This document shows positions 55,576-64,000 of a stretch of DNA of 64,000 nucleotides, piece after piece. Both the position numbers and the translations under genes were made by a program. The stretch comes from an uncultured Candidatus Saccharibacteria bacterium. GTDB lineage: Bacteria > Patescibacteriota > Andersenbacteria > UBA10190. Under the pieces are notes generated by a model. That model did no database searches, was not told where the DNA came from, and saw only the letters and a program-made list of their open reading frames with translations. How positions within the stretch are numbered: the stretch's first letter is position 1; the number at the start of each line of letters is the position of its first letter. Where the stretch lies: positions 32,573 to 96,572 of the forward strand of contig CAYJKV010000001.1 in the NCBI GenBank assembly GCA_964371255.1. Direction: 5' to 3'.

Positions 55576-55892
55576 TACTTATATTCGAAACCCTAAGCTT
55601 TTAAATCCTCCCTAAGTGATCTCTTTGGGATCAACAAATCCGAGATAGGCGATAAAAATTATAAATTCGAAACTCTGAAAATTCTAAAGGATTAAAAAGC
55701 TAAAGGCCAAAGTTCAAACAGCAAAGGAATTAACTGATACCAAACGACAGTGATTGACATGCTCTCTTGGATGTAACAAGACAGGCGGATCAGGCGGTGG
55801 TTGTCTGTCGGACCTGGGATTGTTGGGTGCGAAAGAGAGGAAGTCTTTCATTAAAAAGAGAAGGAAAGCAGAAGGTTGAGGTTTTAAATAAG

Positions 55893-56216
55893 TTATTGTT
55901 GGCGCAGTTCGTCTTCCAGGTCCTTCATGCCGGCTGGTCCTTGGCGTGCAGCTCGTTCGATTTTGGAACGAAGACCAGCTGGCATTTTAGACAGTAAACC
56001 TTGCATCAGGTCCTCAGCAGTGACGGTGGTATGGCCAGCCTGGCGGGCGTGATCTTCAGCGGCCTTAGTTAGCTGTTTTCGGACAGTTCCTTTGAGGGCA
56101 CCAGGCACCGGTGCTTGACTCAAGGCTTTGGCTAAAGCTTCAGAAGCGGCAGCGTCCCAAGTAAGCTTGGATGGCGTGTCGCCGGGATTACTTTTTTTGG
56201 AAAATAGTTTAAACAT
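55893..56216 (-). CDS. Hypothetical small protein (107 aa).
   Basis: ORF only. Confidence 0.3.
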   Translation of the reverse strand: MFKLFSKKSNPGDTPSKLTWDAAASEALAKALSQAPVPGALKGTVRKQLTKAAEDHARQAGHTTVTAEDLMQGLLSKMPAGLRSKIERAARQGPAGMKDLEDELRQQ

Positions 56217-56337
56217 ATGTCTTACTGTAGTCGAGTGGTAAAAAAGGTAAAGAGAAAATGAAGTAAGGCGTCAAGAATTCGTAGGGGTGTGTATAACGAG
56301 ATAAGCAATTGACGATTTTATTGTATGATGAACCGCG

Positions 56338-57060
56338 ATGATTAAAAGGCAAGAAGGAGAAATTATCTTAGGCGGACAGAGGTATAAGTATAGTCTGCGG
56401 CGCAACAAACGGGCGAAGCGGTTGATAATTAAAGTAAGTCAGATGGGTGATATAACGGTAATAATGCCTTGGTCCGGCGCAACCAGAGTGGCGGCAGAGT
56501 TCGTGCGCAGTAAGTCGGACTGGTTAGCTAAAGCGATTAAGGTTCAGCAAGCAAAAAAAGCGTCGCCCTTGGTGGAGCTAAGGGGCGGAGCGTGGCTGCC
56601 AATTCTGGGTGATGTTAAACAATTACGCATAGAGGTGGACCAGAACAGGCAGCGATCTACTTATAAAGAGAAAGGCAATGTTCTGGCGGTGACAGTAGCG
56701 CGAACAGGAGCGGTGAGGGAAACGGTGATCAGATGGTATCGGGTAAGAGCGGAAAAATATGTAAAAGTACAGGCAGACAGGCTGGCTAACCAAATAGGGG
56801 TAGGATTGAAAAAGATGGTGATGTCCAGTGCCAGAACCCAATGGGGCAGTTGTATTAAAGGAAAGGGAAGGATCTCTATTCAATGGCGTTTAGCCCAAGC
56901 CCCGCTGGGGGTGCTGAATTATGTTATTGCTCATGAGGTGATGCACTTAAAATTCGGTGGGCATGGCAAAGATTTCTGGGACGGTGTGTCCACTGTTTGT
57001 CCGGATTATAAGGAGAGACGACGGTGGTTAAGGGAAAAGGGCCAAAGCTTGTATTGGTAA
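56338..57060 (+). CDS. YgjP-like (DUF45) metal-dependent hydrolase / M48-related.
   Basis: HEXXH HEVMH near the C-terminus within the YgjP-type architecture. Confidence 0.7.
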   Translation: MIKRQEGEIILGGQRYKYSLRRNKRAKRLIIKVSQMGDITVIMPWSGATRVAAEFVRSKSDWLAKAIKVQQAKKASPLVELRGGAWLPILGDVKQLRIEVDQNRQRSTYKEKGNVLAVTVARTGAVRETVIRWYRVRAEKYVKVQADRLANQIGVGLKKMVMSSARTQWGSCIKGKGRISIQWRLAQAPLGVLNYVIAHEVMHLKFGGHGKDFWDGVSTVCPDYKERRRWLREKGQSLYW

Positions 57061-57368
57061 GAGAAGAGAAAACACCAAGATAGACGGTCTAGATAGGCAA
57101 CGATACTAATCTAAATAGGGTAGATACGAAAATAGAAATTAGTATCTATTCACAAACCTGAGAAACCCCTCCTAACCCTGCCTACCGGCAGGCAGGCTCC
57201 CCTAGTATCAGGGGAGGAAACGTACTTGTCCCCCCCATGATAGGGGGGGGGTTAAGGGGGTTTTAAGGGACACCGCTCAGATTTGTGAGCTCGTACAGAA
57301 ATTACTATTGACAGCAGTATGCTAATATGGTAGTGTTGCAGTACTAAAAGATATTCTTAAATATTCAT

Positions 57369-57866
57369 ATGGCTTCAATAACAGGTGGAAATGCAATGGT
57401 AATGGCAAGCGTAACTATCGGATTAATGTTTATAATCCTAGTTGTCTTTGTGGTGAACGCGTTTGATCTAGACCGATTCCTATCGGTCAACAGTTGGACT
57501 AGTGATGGTAAGAAAGACGAGCCGGCTGTGACTGAAGAGGCAAAGGTAGAGGAAGAGCCGACTTTAGAGGCGGAAGAGGTGCGGCAGTTATTAGGTTTTA
57601 TTGATTATCCGGTGGTGAAGATTGAACCAAGATTGATAAGCTTGTTTTCGCCAGAAGCGCAAGAGGGGGTAGGACGGCTCAGCGAGGAAGAAATTCAGCA
57701 AAGGTGTGCTTTTATCTCGATTGATTTCAATCGTGATCGGTGCGTGCAGGCGGAGAGAGTTTGTGCTGAGATGATTGCGTCCGACCAGCAACACTGGGCG
57801 TGTCTCAATAGCAATGATTTTTGGATCGGAAAAGACTTAGCTTACGGAAAAGGAACTACCAAATAA
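57369..57866 (+). CDS. Hypothetical membrane-anchored protein (165 aa).
   Basis: N-terminal TM; acidic linker. No family. Confidence 0.3.
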   Translation: MASITGGNAMVMASVTIGLMFIILVVFVVNAFDLDRFLSVNSWTSDGKKDEPAVTEEAKVEEEPTLEAEEVRQLLGFIDYPVVKIEPRLISLFSPEAQEGVGRLSEEEIQQRCAFISIDFNRDRCVQAERVCAEMIASDQQHWACLNSNDFWIGKDLAYGKGTTK

Positions 57867-57924
57867 CACGCGGTCGAGGCAATTGCGGCTTGGCAACCGG
57901 GTGATTTTCTGATAAACAGACCAT

Positions 57925-58482
57925 ATGTTAGGAATGAACGACATAAAAAAAGGTAAGATGGTAGTGCTGGATGGTCAGCCGTTTGTGGTTATGACGGCGG
58001 ACTTTTTGAAGAAACAACAGCGACGGCCGGTAGTACGGGCAATTTTGAAACATATTAAAACAGGCCAAAATAAAGAACATACCTTTATGCAATCGGACAA
58101 GGTAGCCGAAGCAGAGATAGATCGGCGGCCATATCAGTTTTTGTATAAAGACGAAAGCGGCTGGCAGTTTATGGATCCGAAGACCTATGAACAAATTAGC
58201 TTGGCAGATGATGTGGTTGGTGAGATGGGCAAGTGGCTGATTGAAGGACAGGAGGCGTCGTTATTGATGTTTGAACAGCTGCCAGTTTTGGTGGAGCTGC
58301 CGATTAAGATTGACCGAGAAGTGATGATTGCTCCGCCTGGCATTAAGGGTGATACTTCGACTAATGTGATGAAAGAAGTCGAGATCGAAGGAGGAACAAA
58401 AGTAAAAGCACCGCTATTTATTAAGACGGGTGACAAGATCAGAATTGATACCAGGACCGGAACATACGTGGAGAGAGCGTAA
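57925..58482 (+). CDS. efp: Elongation factor P.
   Basis: Collinear with E. coli EF-P (NDIKKGKMVVLDGQPFVV; GIKGDTSTN...KVKAPLFIKTGDKIRIDTRTGTYVERA); 185 aa. Confidence 0.8.
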   Translation: MLGMNDIKKGKMVVLDGQPFVVMTADFLKKQQRRPVVRAILKHIKTGQNKEHTFMQSDKVAEAEIDRRPYQFLYKDESGWQFMDPKTYEQISLADDVVGEMGKWLIEGQEASLLMFEQLPVLVELPIKIDREVMIAPPGIKGDTSTNVMKEVEIEGGTKVKAPLFIKTGDKIRIDTRTGTYVERA

Positions 58483-58557
58483 GGACGGAAGCTCAAATTT
58501 CAAAATCTAAATGTCCCCTATCCCAATGACCAACGTAATCAGTTCTAGGAGGTAACA

Positions 58558-58854
58558 ATGTACGTGCACATTGCTCTTTTTAAGTGGAAACCAGGCATTA
58601 AGTTGAAGGATGTTGACCATGCCTTGAAAGGCGTGGAGGCACTCAAGGATAAAATACCTGGTCTGGTGGAGATTAGCACCGGTCAAAACAGTTCTCGCTA
58701 CTCGGCGGGATATACTCATGTCGTATTGGTACGCGCGAAGAACCAGGGAGCGATCGACGCATATCGGCAACACCCTGACCATGTGAAACTGGCGCAGGAG
58801 ATCGAAGCGATGGAGGAGCACGGTATTGGCGTAGATTTTAGCACGAACACATAG
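58558..58854 (+). CDS. Dabb-family stress-responsive alpha/beta-barrel protein.
   Basis: MYVHIALFKWKPG N-terminus; 98 aa. Confidence 0.7.
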   Translation: MYVHIALFKWKPGIKLKDVDHALKGVEALKDKIPGLVEISTGQNSSRYSAGYTHVVLVRAKNQGAIDAYRQHPDHVKLAQEIEAMEEHGIGVDFSTNT

Positions 58855-58893
58855 ACCAAGGTCCTATCAAGAAGCGGGCACTAGCGAAATTGA

Positions 58894-59733
58894 TTACGAT
58901 GACGCGCTGCTGTAACGGCGCAGACCGGCCCGCCAGGCAAGATTGGCCAGAATTAGCAAGATGGCTGCGATGGCAATGGCGGTAGGCAGTTGCCATAATT
59001 GGAGCCGGCCGGTGATGGCTTGGGCAGGGACGAAAACAATAAAAGCTAGAGGCAGGGCATAGGTTAAGGCTAGACGGGGAGCGGTAGGAAATACATCAAA
59101 AGGAACCGTGAGCGGTTCAGTGATTAACTGCAGAAAACTCCAGAGTGCTTCCAGCCTCTCAATATAAAATACCAGTGAAGCAAGGAGAATGAGGAGGCTA
59201 TAGAAAACGATTAATCCGGTGGTGATCAGCAAAATCATCATTAACCAGGCACTAAGGTTGGGCTGGTAATTAAGTTGGGACAACGCATAGAAGAGAACAG
59301 CCAATCCGCCGCTGATGTGGCCGATAGTGCTATGCAGATAGAATTGTTTAAAAGAAGTGTAGAAAAGCACGGGACTAGGTTTGGTTAGATAAAAATCAAA
59401 ACTGCCTTTTTGCACAATGGTTGGCAGGTCGGCTATGTTACGGGTGAAAAAAGTGTCCATAATACCTTCAACAATACGAGAGAGGGCAAGAATAATCAGC
59501 GCCTCCGGTTTTTGCCAGCCGCCGATTGACTCAGTCTGGCTAAAAATTGTTTCAATCAGAAAAATGAAGGCGGCCAGCCACATGCCTTGTCGTAATATAC
59601 CGAGAAAGAAATTAGAGCGGAACTCCATTTCGCGAATAAAGCTGGCGCGGGCGTTAGCGCGCCAAACTCGCCACAGGTAACGGCTATTGGCCAGGAACGG
59701 CATAGTGCTGCAAGCCTTTTTGCCAGAGAGCAT
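58894..59733 (-). CDS. ABC-2-family transporter permease.
   Basis: 6-TM profile, 279 aa. Operonic with the ATPase. Confidence 0.6.
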   Translation of the reverse strand: MLSGKKACSTMPFLANSRYLWRVWRANARASFIREMEFRSNFFLGILRQGMWLAAFIFLIETIFSQTESIGGWQKPEALIILALSRIVEGIMDTFFTRNIADLPTIVQKGSFDFYLTKPSPVLFYTSFKQFYLHSTIGHISGGLAVLFYALSQLNYQPNLSAWLMMILLITTGLIVFYSLLILLASLVFYIERLEALWSFLQLITEPLTVPFDVFPTAPRLALTYALPLAFIVFVPAQAITGRLQLWQLPTAIAIAAILLILANLAWRAGLRRYSSASS

Positions 59734-60655
59734 AGGCGATCATGATTGTTAGAAAGATCCAAGCAGTCTGGTAAGACAATAATTGAAGTGATTGGTTAAA
59801 GGAGGTTTGGCCGAGCAATATTTCGGCCGGGACGGAAACGATGTACCGGAAGGGCAGAAAACTAAGAGCGGCATGGACGGCTGGGGGCATCATGACGAAG
59901 GGGACTAGGACACCGGAAGCGACAAGTTCGAAAATGTTCTTAAAACTTCTGATTTGTTGTGCTTCTTCGAGCCAAAAAGCCAGGAAACCAAAACAGGTTT
60001 CCAAGGTGAAGGATAAAATAAGGGCGAAGAGAAGGCTGGGGATAAAAAGCAGCCAGTGGGAAGGAATATAGATTTGAGGGGAAAGGGCGTGGGGAAAAAT
60101 AAATAGAAAAAAGATAAAAAGAGGGAGAGGAATAAGTAATTTGATACATTTTTCCACGGTATTGTTGATAATATCATTCCAAATCATGGGAAAGGGCCTG
60201 ACTAGATATTTGACGATATCGCCATTGAGAATCTCCCAGGCCGTAAAGAAACCGTGCCAGGCATCGGTAATGAGTTTGATAAAGATGACCAGCAGGAAGT
60301 AAGTTAAAGTGGCTTGGGGGGAGGGGCCGGTAGGGTTGTGCAGCGATACATTATACCAAAGAGCCAGAGATACCAGGGGGATGGAGGCCCCGGCCAAAGA
60401 CCAAGCGATGACATCGATGCGATATTCGAGTACGCGGCTCCATTCCATGGCATATACCCGCCCGATTTTTTGAAAAAATTTACGCATAATTCTGGTTAGT
60501 GAAGAGCTCACGGACAACATTTTCGAGTGATGGTTCATCGATGGAAATGTCTTCGACTGGAAACTTGGTGAGTAGCTGGGCAGCGCGCTCGGTGGTTTGG
60601 TGGCGGGGGACATGTAAGACAGCGTGCAATGGCTGATATTTAACAATCTGTCCAA
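59684..60655 (-). CDS. ABC-2-family transporter permease (second).
   Basis: 6-TM profile, 323 aa. Overlaps neighbouring genes. Confidence 0.6.
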   Translation of the reverse strand: MDRLLNISHCTLSYMSPATKPPSALPSYSPSFQSKTFPSMNHHSKMLSVSSSLTRIMRKFFQKIGRVYAMEWSRVLEYRIDVIAWSLAGASIPLVSLALWYNVSLHNPTGPSPQATLTYFLLVIFIKLITDAWHGFFTAWEILNGDIVKYLVRPFPMIWNDIINNTVEKCIKLLIPLPLFIFFLFIFPHALSPQIYIPSHWLLFIPSLLFALILSFTLETCFGFLAFWLEEAQQIRSFKNIFELVASGVLVPFVMMPPAVHAALSFLPFRYIVSVPAEILLGQTSFNQSLQLLSYQTAWIFLTIMIAYALWQKGLQHYAVPGQ

Positions 60656-61466
60656 ATGGCAGCAGGACGTCTCTGGCTACAGGCTGGGAGAAGGTTAGAA
60701 CGATACGCCGATGATCGACGTGCTGCTTGATCAGATCCTCGGTTGAACCATCATAGGCGATGCGGCCATGGTCAATTATGACTAGGCGACGAGCCAGTTC
60801 CCGGACATCGTCAAGGTAATGGCTGGTGAGGATAATGGTGGCGTTGTATTTTTGCTGATATTGTTTAATGAATTTACGAATTTTTTTCTGGACGACAATA
60901 TCAAGGCCAATGGTTGGTTCGTCCAGAAATAAGACTTGCGGGTGGTAAATTAAGGCGGCAGCCAGTTCGCCGCGCATGCGCTGGCCGAGTGAGAGTTTGC
61001 GGACCTGCACCTTAATGAATTTGTCGAGGTCTAATAGTTCGGTTAGCTCCCGCAAGTTGGCCTGAAAGACAGATTGGTCTATTTCGTAGATGTCCCTTTG
61101 CAGTAACAGCGAGTCGTAGAGGGGCAGGTCCCACCAGAGCTGGGCTTTTTGCCCCATGACGAGGGAAAAATTTCGCAAGAACTCCTTTTTCCGCTCCCAC
61201 GGGACATAGCCCATGACGGTGGCGGTGCCGGCGGTGGGATAGAGCAAGCCGGAGAGTATCTTTAGCGTGGTGGTTTTGCCAGCGCCATTAGGGCCGATAA
61301 AGCCAACGAGCTCGCCGGTCTGGATCGAAAGACTGATATTGTCAACTGCTGTGATCGTTTTATAACGACGCTTGAATAAACTCCTAATTGAGCCGTAAAT
61401 TCCTGGATCTTTTTGATGAACTCGGTAAGATTTGGTTAAACCTTTGATGTTAATTATGGCTGGCAT
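60480..61466 (-). CDS. ABC transporter ATP-binding protein. Start assigned to the internal ATG (MPAIINIKGL).
   Basis: Walker A GPNGAGKTT; signature LSLGQRMR; Walker B LFLDEPT. Confidence 0.85.
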   Translation of the reverse strand: MPAIINIKGLTKSYRVHQKDPGIYGSIRSLFKRRYKTITAVDNISLSIQTGELVGFIGPNGAGKTTTLKILSGLLYPTAGTATVMGYVPWERKKEFLRNFSLVMGQKAQLWWDLPLYDSLLLQRDIYEIDQSVFQANLRELTELLDLDKFIKVQVRKLSLGQRMRGELAAALIYHPQVLFLDEPTIGLDIVVQKKIRKFIKQYQQKYNATIILTSHYLDDVRELARRLVIIDHGRIAYDGSTEDLIKQHVDHRRIVLTFSQPVARDVLLPFGQIVKYQPLHAVLHVPRHQTTERAAQLLTKFPVEDISIDEPSLENVVRELFTNQNYA

Positions 61467-61629
61467 AGAGAAATATGATGAAATATTGGTGGCTAAGTCA
61501 AGGGGCTTTAGTAAGACAAAAATTATCGGCAGATCTTTTTCATTATCCACAGGTTAGGTTAAACTACTATAACAGTATTTTAAGGTAGAGTTTGGTGCAG
61601 GTTATTTGCTCAATAATTATTAATGAAAA

Positions 61630-62493
61630 ATGGGTAATAGTATTACAGTTAGAACGAAACAGGTTTCTTCCTTAAGGCAATACTTGGAAGAAATTGGCCG
61701 TACTCCTTTATTAAAGGCTGAGGAAGAAGCTCGACTAGCTTTTAGAATCCAGGAAAAGCAGGACGAAGACGCGCGACAGTTGCTGATGAGAGCAAACTTG
61801 CGATTAGTTGTAAGCATTGCTAAGCAGTACGCTGCACCGCAAGATCAGGAAATGCTGTTGGATTTTATTCAGGAAGGGAATATCGGATTGATGAGGGCAG
61901 TTGACCGTTTTAAGCCGGAGTTTAAGACACGTTTTTCGACGTATGGAGTGTACTGGATCAGGCAGGCTATCTTGCGGGCGTTAAAGGCGCGGCGGATAGT
62001 GCGGCTGCCGGAGAATGTGGTGGATCAAGTAATGCAAATGAAGCGGATGCGCCAATCTCTTTATCAGATTCTTGGACGTTGGCCGACGACAGATGAACTG
62101 GCGGAGGAAATGGGTTTACCAATAAAAACTATAAACAGGCTGGAGGTAGCGGGAGCAGAGGTGGTGTCACTGGACCAACCGGTGCGGGGTAAAGAAGGGG
62201 AAGAAGAAACTCAGTTGAAAGAAATGATTGAGGATACAGAAACGATGAGTCCGAATCAGGTCACGCAGCGGGAGATGGTACGGAACGAGATAAGTTCAGC
62301 GGTAGCTTCGTTGCCGCCAAGGGAGAGGAAAATATTGGAACTGCGATTTGGTTTGGGTAACAAGAAGCGTCCATTTACGCTGGAAGAAATTGGGGCAGAG
62401 TTTGGGATCAGCCGCGAACGAGTCAGACAGTTGCAAAATGTGGCATTGTCGAGATTACGGCAAAGAAAAACAATGCAGCAGTTTTATAGCTAG
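61630..62493 (+). CDS. Sigma-70-family RNA polymerase sigma factor (compact, regions 1.2-4).
   Basis: YLEEIGRTPLL (1.2); region 2 with DFIQEGNIGLMRAVDRF; region 4 HTH TLEEIGAEFGISRERVRQ. Confidence 0.85.
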   Translation: MGNSITVRTKQVSSLRQYLEEIGRTPLLKAEEEARLAFRIQEKQDEDARQLLMRANLRLVVSIAKQYAAPQDQEMLLDFIQEGNIGLMRAVDRFKPEFKTRFSTYGVYWIRQAILRALKARRIVRLPENVVDQVMQMKRMRQSLYQILGRWPTTDELAEEMGLPIKTINRLEVAGAEVVSLDQPVRGKEGEEETQLKEMIEDTETMSPNQVTQREMVRNEISSAVASLPPRERKILELRFGLGNKKRPFTLEEIGAEFGISRERVRQLQNVALSRLRQRKTMQQFYS

Positions 62494-62575
62494 GAAATGT
62501 CTGGTGCTAATACGGCATTGTATTGAGCACATAGACAAGGATTAGAGGTTGCTATAAGCATGATACAATGTCAGT

Positions 62576-63757
62576 ATGGGTCAGGCTTTTTTATATGGCG
62601 CAGCTACCAGCGCTCACCAGACGGAGGGCAATAACGTCAATAATGATTGGTGGGCCTGGGAGATGGGCCGGCCGACGGAGAAGAGATCTGGTTTGGCCAC
62701 GGACCACTATAATTGCTTCCGCGAAGATTTGGAATTAGCAAAACAGCTTGGACATAATGCCCATCGTTTTTCATTGGAATGGAGCCGGATTGAACCGCGG
62801 CGGGGAGAATGGGATAGATCTGCCCTAGCGCATTACCGGGAAGTCTTAGAAGAGTTGAATAAACTGGGGATGACACCCTTTGTCACTTTGCATCATTTCA
62901 CTAATCCCAGGTGGTTTGCGGAGCGAGGGGGGTGGTTAAAGGGTGATGCCGCTGAGCTTTTTGCCCGCTATGTGCGGGTGGTGGCCGATCATTTGGGCGA
63001 CCTGGCCCAATTTTGGATTACCTTAAACGAACCGGTGCTGTGGAGCAGCCTGGCATATTGGCAGAAACGATGGCCGCCCCAGCAGCACAGCGGTTACAAG
63101 TTCAATCGGGTCGTGCGTCATTTAGCCGCGGCTCATAATAAAGCCTACCGGGTACTGCATCAAAAGAGTCCCCGGGCGCAGGTGGGTATCGCTAAACACT
63201 TAGTGGCTTACCAGAGTGCCAGTGAGGCGTGGGCAGACCGCGCGGCCTGCCGGTTAATAGATTGGTGGTTTAATCGCCGGTTTTACAGCTTAACTTGGCC
63301 TAGACATGATTTTTTGGGTGTTAACTATTATTTTCAAAGGAAGGTGCAAGGGCAGATGCTTCCGCTTAAGATCCGACAAAGCGATGTGGCGGGGGGAAAA
63401 ACAGATATTAATTGGACGGTCGCGCCGGATGGTTTGCGTCAAGTATTAGAAAGCTTGCGATACTTGGAGCGTCCAATTTATGTGACGGAAAATGGTTTGG
63501 CTGACGCGAATGATCGACTGAGGGGTGATTTTATTCGAGACCACTTGCGTGCGGTGGAAGCGGCACAAGCCAACGGAACGGATGTGCGTGGGTATTTGCA
63601 TTGGTCTTTAATTGATAACTATGAGTGGGACTTGGGATTCGTGCCGCGATTCGGCTTAGTAGCGGTGGATTATAAAACAATGGCACGGCAGGTGAGGCCG
63701 AGTGCGCACGTTTACAAAAGTATTATTGAACAAGGCCGGAAGGAATCGCTGCATTAG
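62576..63757 (+). CDS. Glycoside hydrolase family 1 beta-glucosidase.
   Basis: FLYGAATSAHQTEG; acid/base TLNEP; nucleophile YVTENG. Confidence 0.9.
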   Translation: MGQAFLYGAATSAHQTEGNNVNNDWWAWEMGRPTEKRSGLATDHYNCFREDLELAKQLGHNAHRFSLEWSRIEPRRGEWDRSALAHYREVLEELNKLGMTPFVTLHHFTNPRWFAERGGWLKGDAAELFARYVRVVADHLGDLAQFWITLNEPVLWSSLAYWQKRWPPQQHSGYKFNRVVRHLAAAHNKAYRVLHQKSPRAQVGIAKHLVAYQSASEAWADRAACRLIDWWFNRRFYSLTWPRHDFLGVNYYFQRKVQGQMLPLKIRQSDVAGGKTDINWTVAPDGLRQVLESLRYLERPIYVTENGLADANDRLRGDFIRDHLRAVEAAQANGTDVRGYLHWSLIDNYEWDLGFVPRFGLVAVDYKTMARQVRPSAHVYKSIIEQGRKESLH

Positions 63758-63996
63758 GCAGAAGGGAGAGAACGGAGTTGGGTTAGCAGATTTTTTTGGC
63801 TGGTAAATTTAATCACCTGCGCCGCCATAGCGCTTATGAAATGCGTGATGACACCTTGTTTGATGGCAACATAGATCGGTTTTTTTAGGGCGTAAGCGTA
63901 ACCAATCTCTAAGAGCATACCTTCGCTTGGCTCTGAGTTTTTGATATAGGCCAGGATGATGTCGGCGGCTCGCAAGTGCGGCAGAGACGAATCCAT
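63754..63996 (-). CDS. Nucleoside 2-deoxyribosyltransferase-like protein. Short, or truncated by the window edge.
   Basis: EIGYAYALKKPIY motif of the deoxyribosyltransferase-like fold. Sits 4 nt from the window edge. Confidence 0.45.
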   Translation of the reverse strand: MDSSLPHLRAADIILAYIKNSEPSEGMLLEIGYAYALKKPIYVAIKQGVITHFISAMAAQVIKFTSQKNLLTQLRSLPSA

Positions 63997-64000
63997 AATT

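Overview
This is a gene-dense 64-kb bacterial window of about 50% GC with short intergenic spacers and frequent GTG/TTG starts. I annotated it by motif recognition only; no searches were run. The gene content is consistent with a streamlined, uncultivated-type anaerobe: no respiratory chain, a class II (B12-dependent) ribonucleotide reductase, and a cytoplasmic [NiFe]-hydrogenase.

Main blocks:
- **Housekeeping genes:** DEAD-box helicase, TypA/BipA, IscS/IscU, Lgt, PgsA, EF-P, a compact sigma-70 factor, glutamate dehydrogenase, and a beta-CASP RNase.
- **Glycan, membrane-protein and radical-SAM island (6.0–11.7 kb):** a large polytopic membrane protein, a GT4 glycosyltransferase, and a radical-SAM/SPASM enzyme followed by a cupin.
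- **Minimal [NiFe]-hydrogenase module (13.1–15.3 kb):** a NuoB/HoxY-like small subunit with a single cluster, a large subunit with the RxCGxCxxxH and DPCxxCxxH motifs, and a maturation protease. It is flanked by two uncharacterised proteins, a ferredoxin with an FAD/NAD(P) oxidoreductase, and IscS/IscU.
- **Cobalamin-riboswitch-led B12 cluster (24.7–31.2 kb):** a transcobalamin-like capture system split into two proteins (a DUF4430 protein plus a surface protein with a DUF4430-like domain and an alpha/alpha-toroid domain), a small membrane component, NrdJ, and a PduO-type adenosyltransferase.
- **Thiol-redox island:** ArsR, a glutaredoxin-like protein, DsbA-like proteins and VKOR.
- **Nonulosonic-acid-type sugar cluster (49.3–55.6 kb):** an unusual fusion of NeuB to a sugar-phosphate isomerase, with a methyltransferase, SDR, aldo/keto reductase, YhcH-family protein and CMP-sugar synthetase.
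- **An ABC-2 exporter.**

Other observations include unannotated small ORFs, dispersed AAATCC-rich intergenic tracts, G-run hairpin elements, and a GC-rich ORF-poor stretch.
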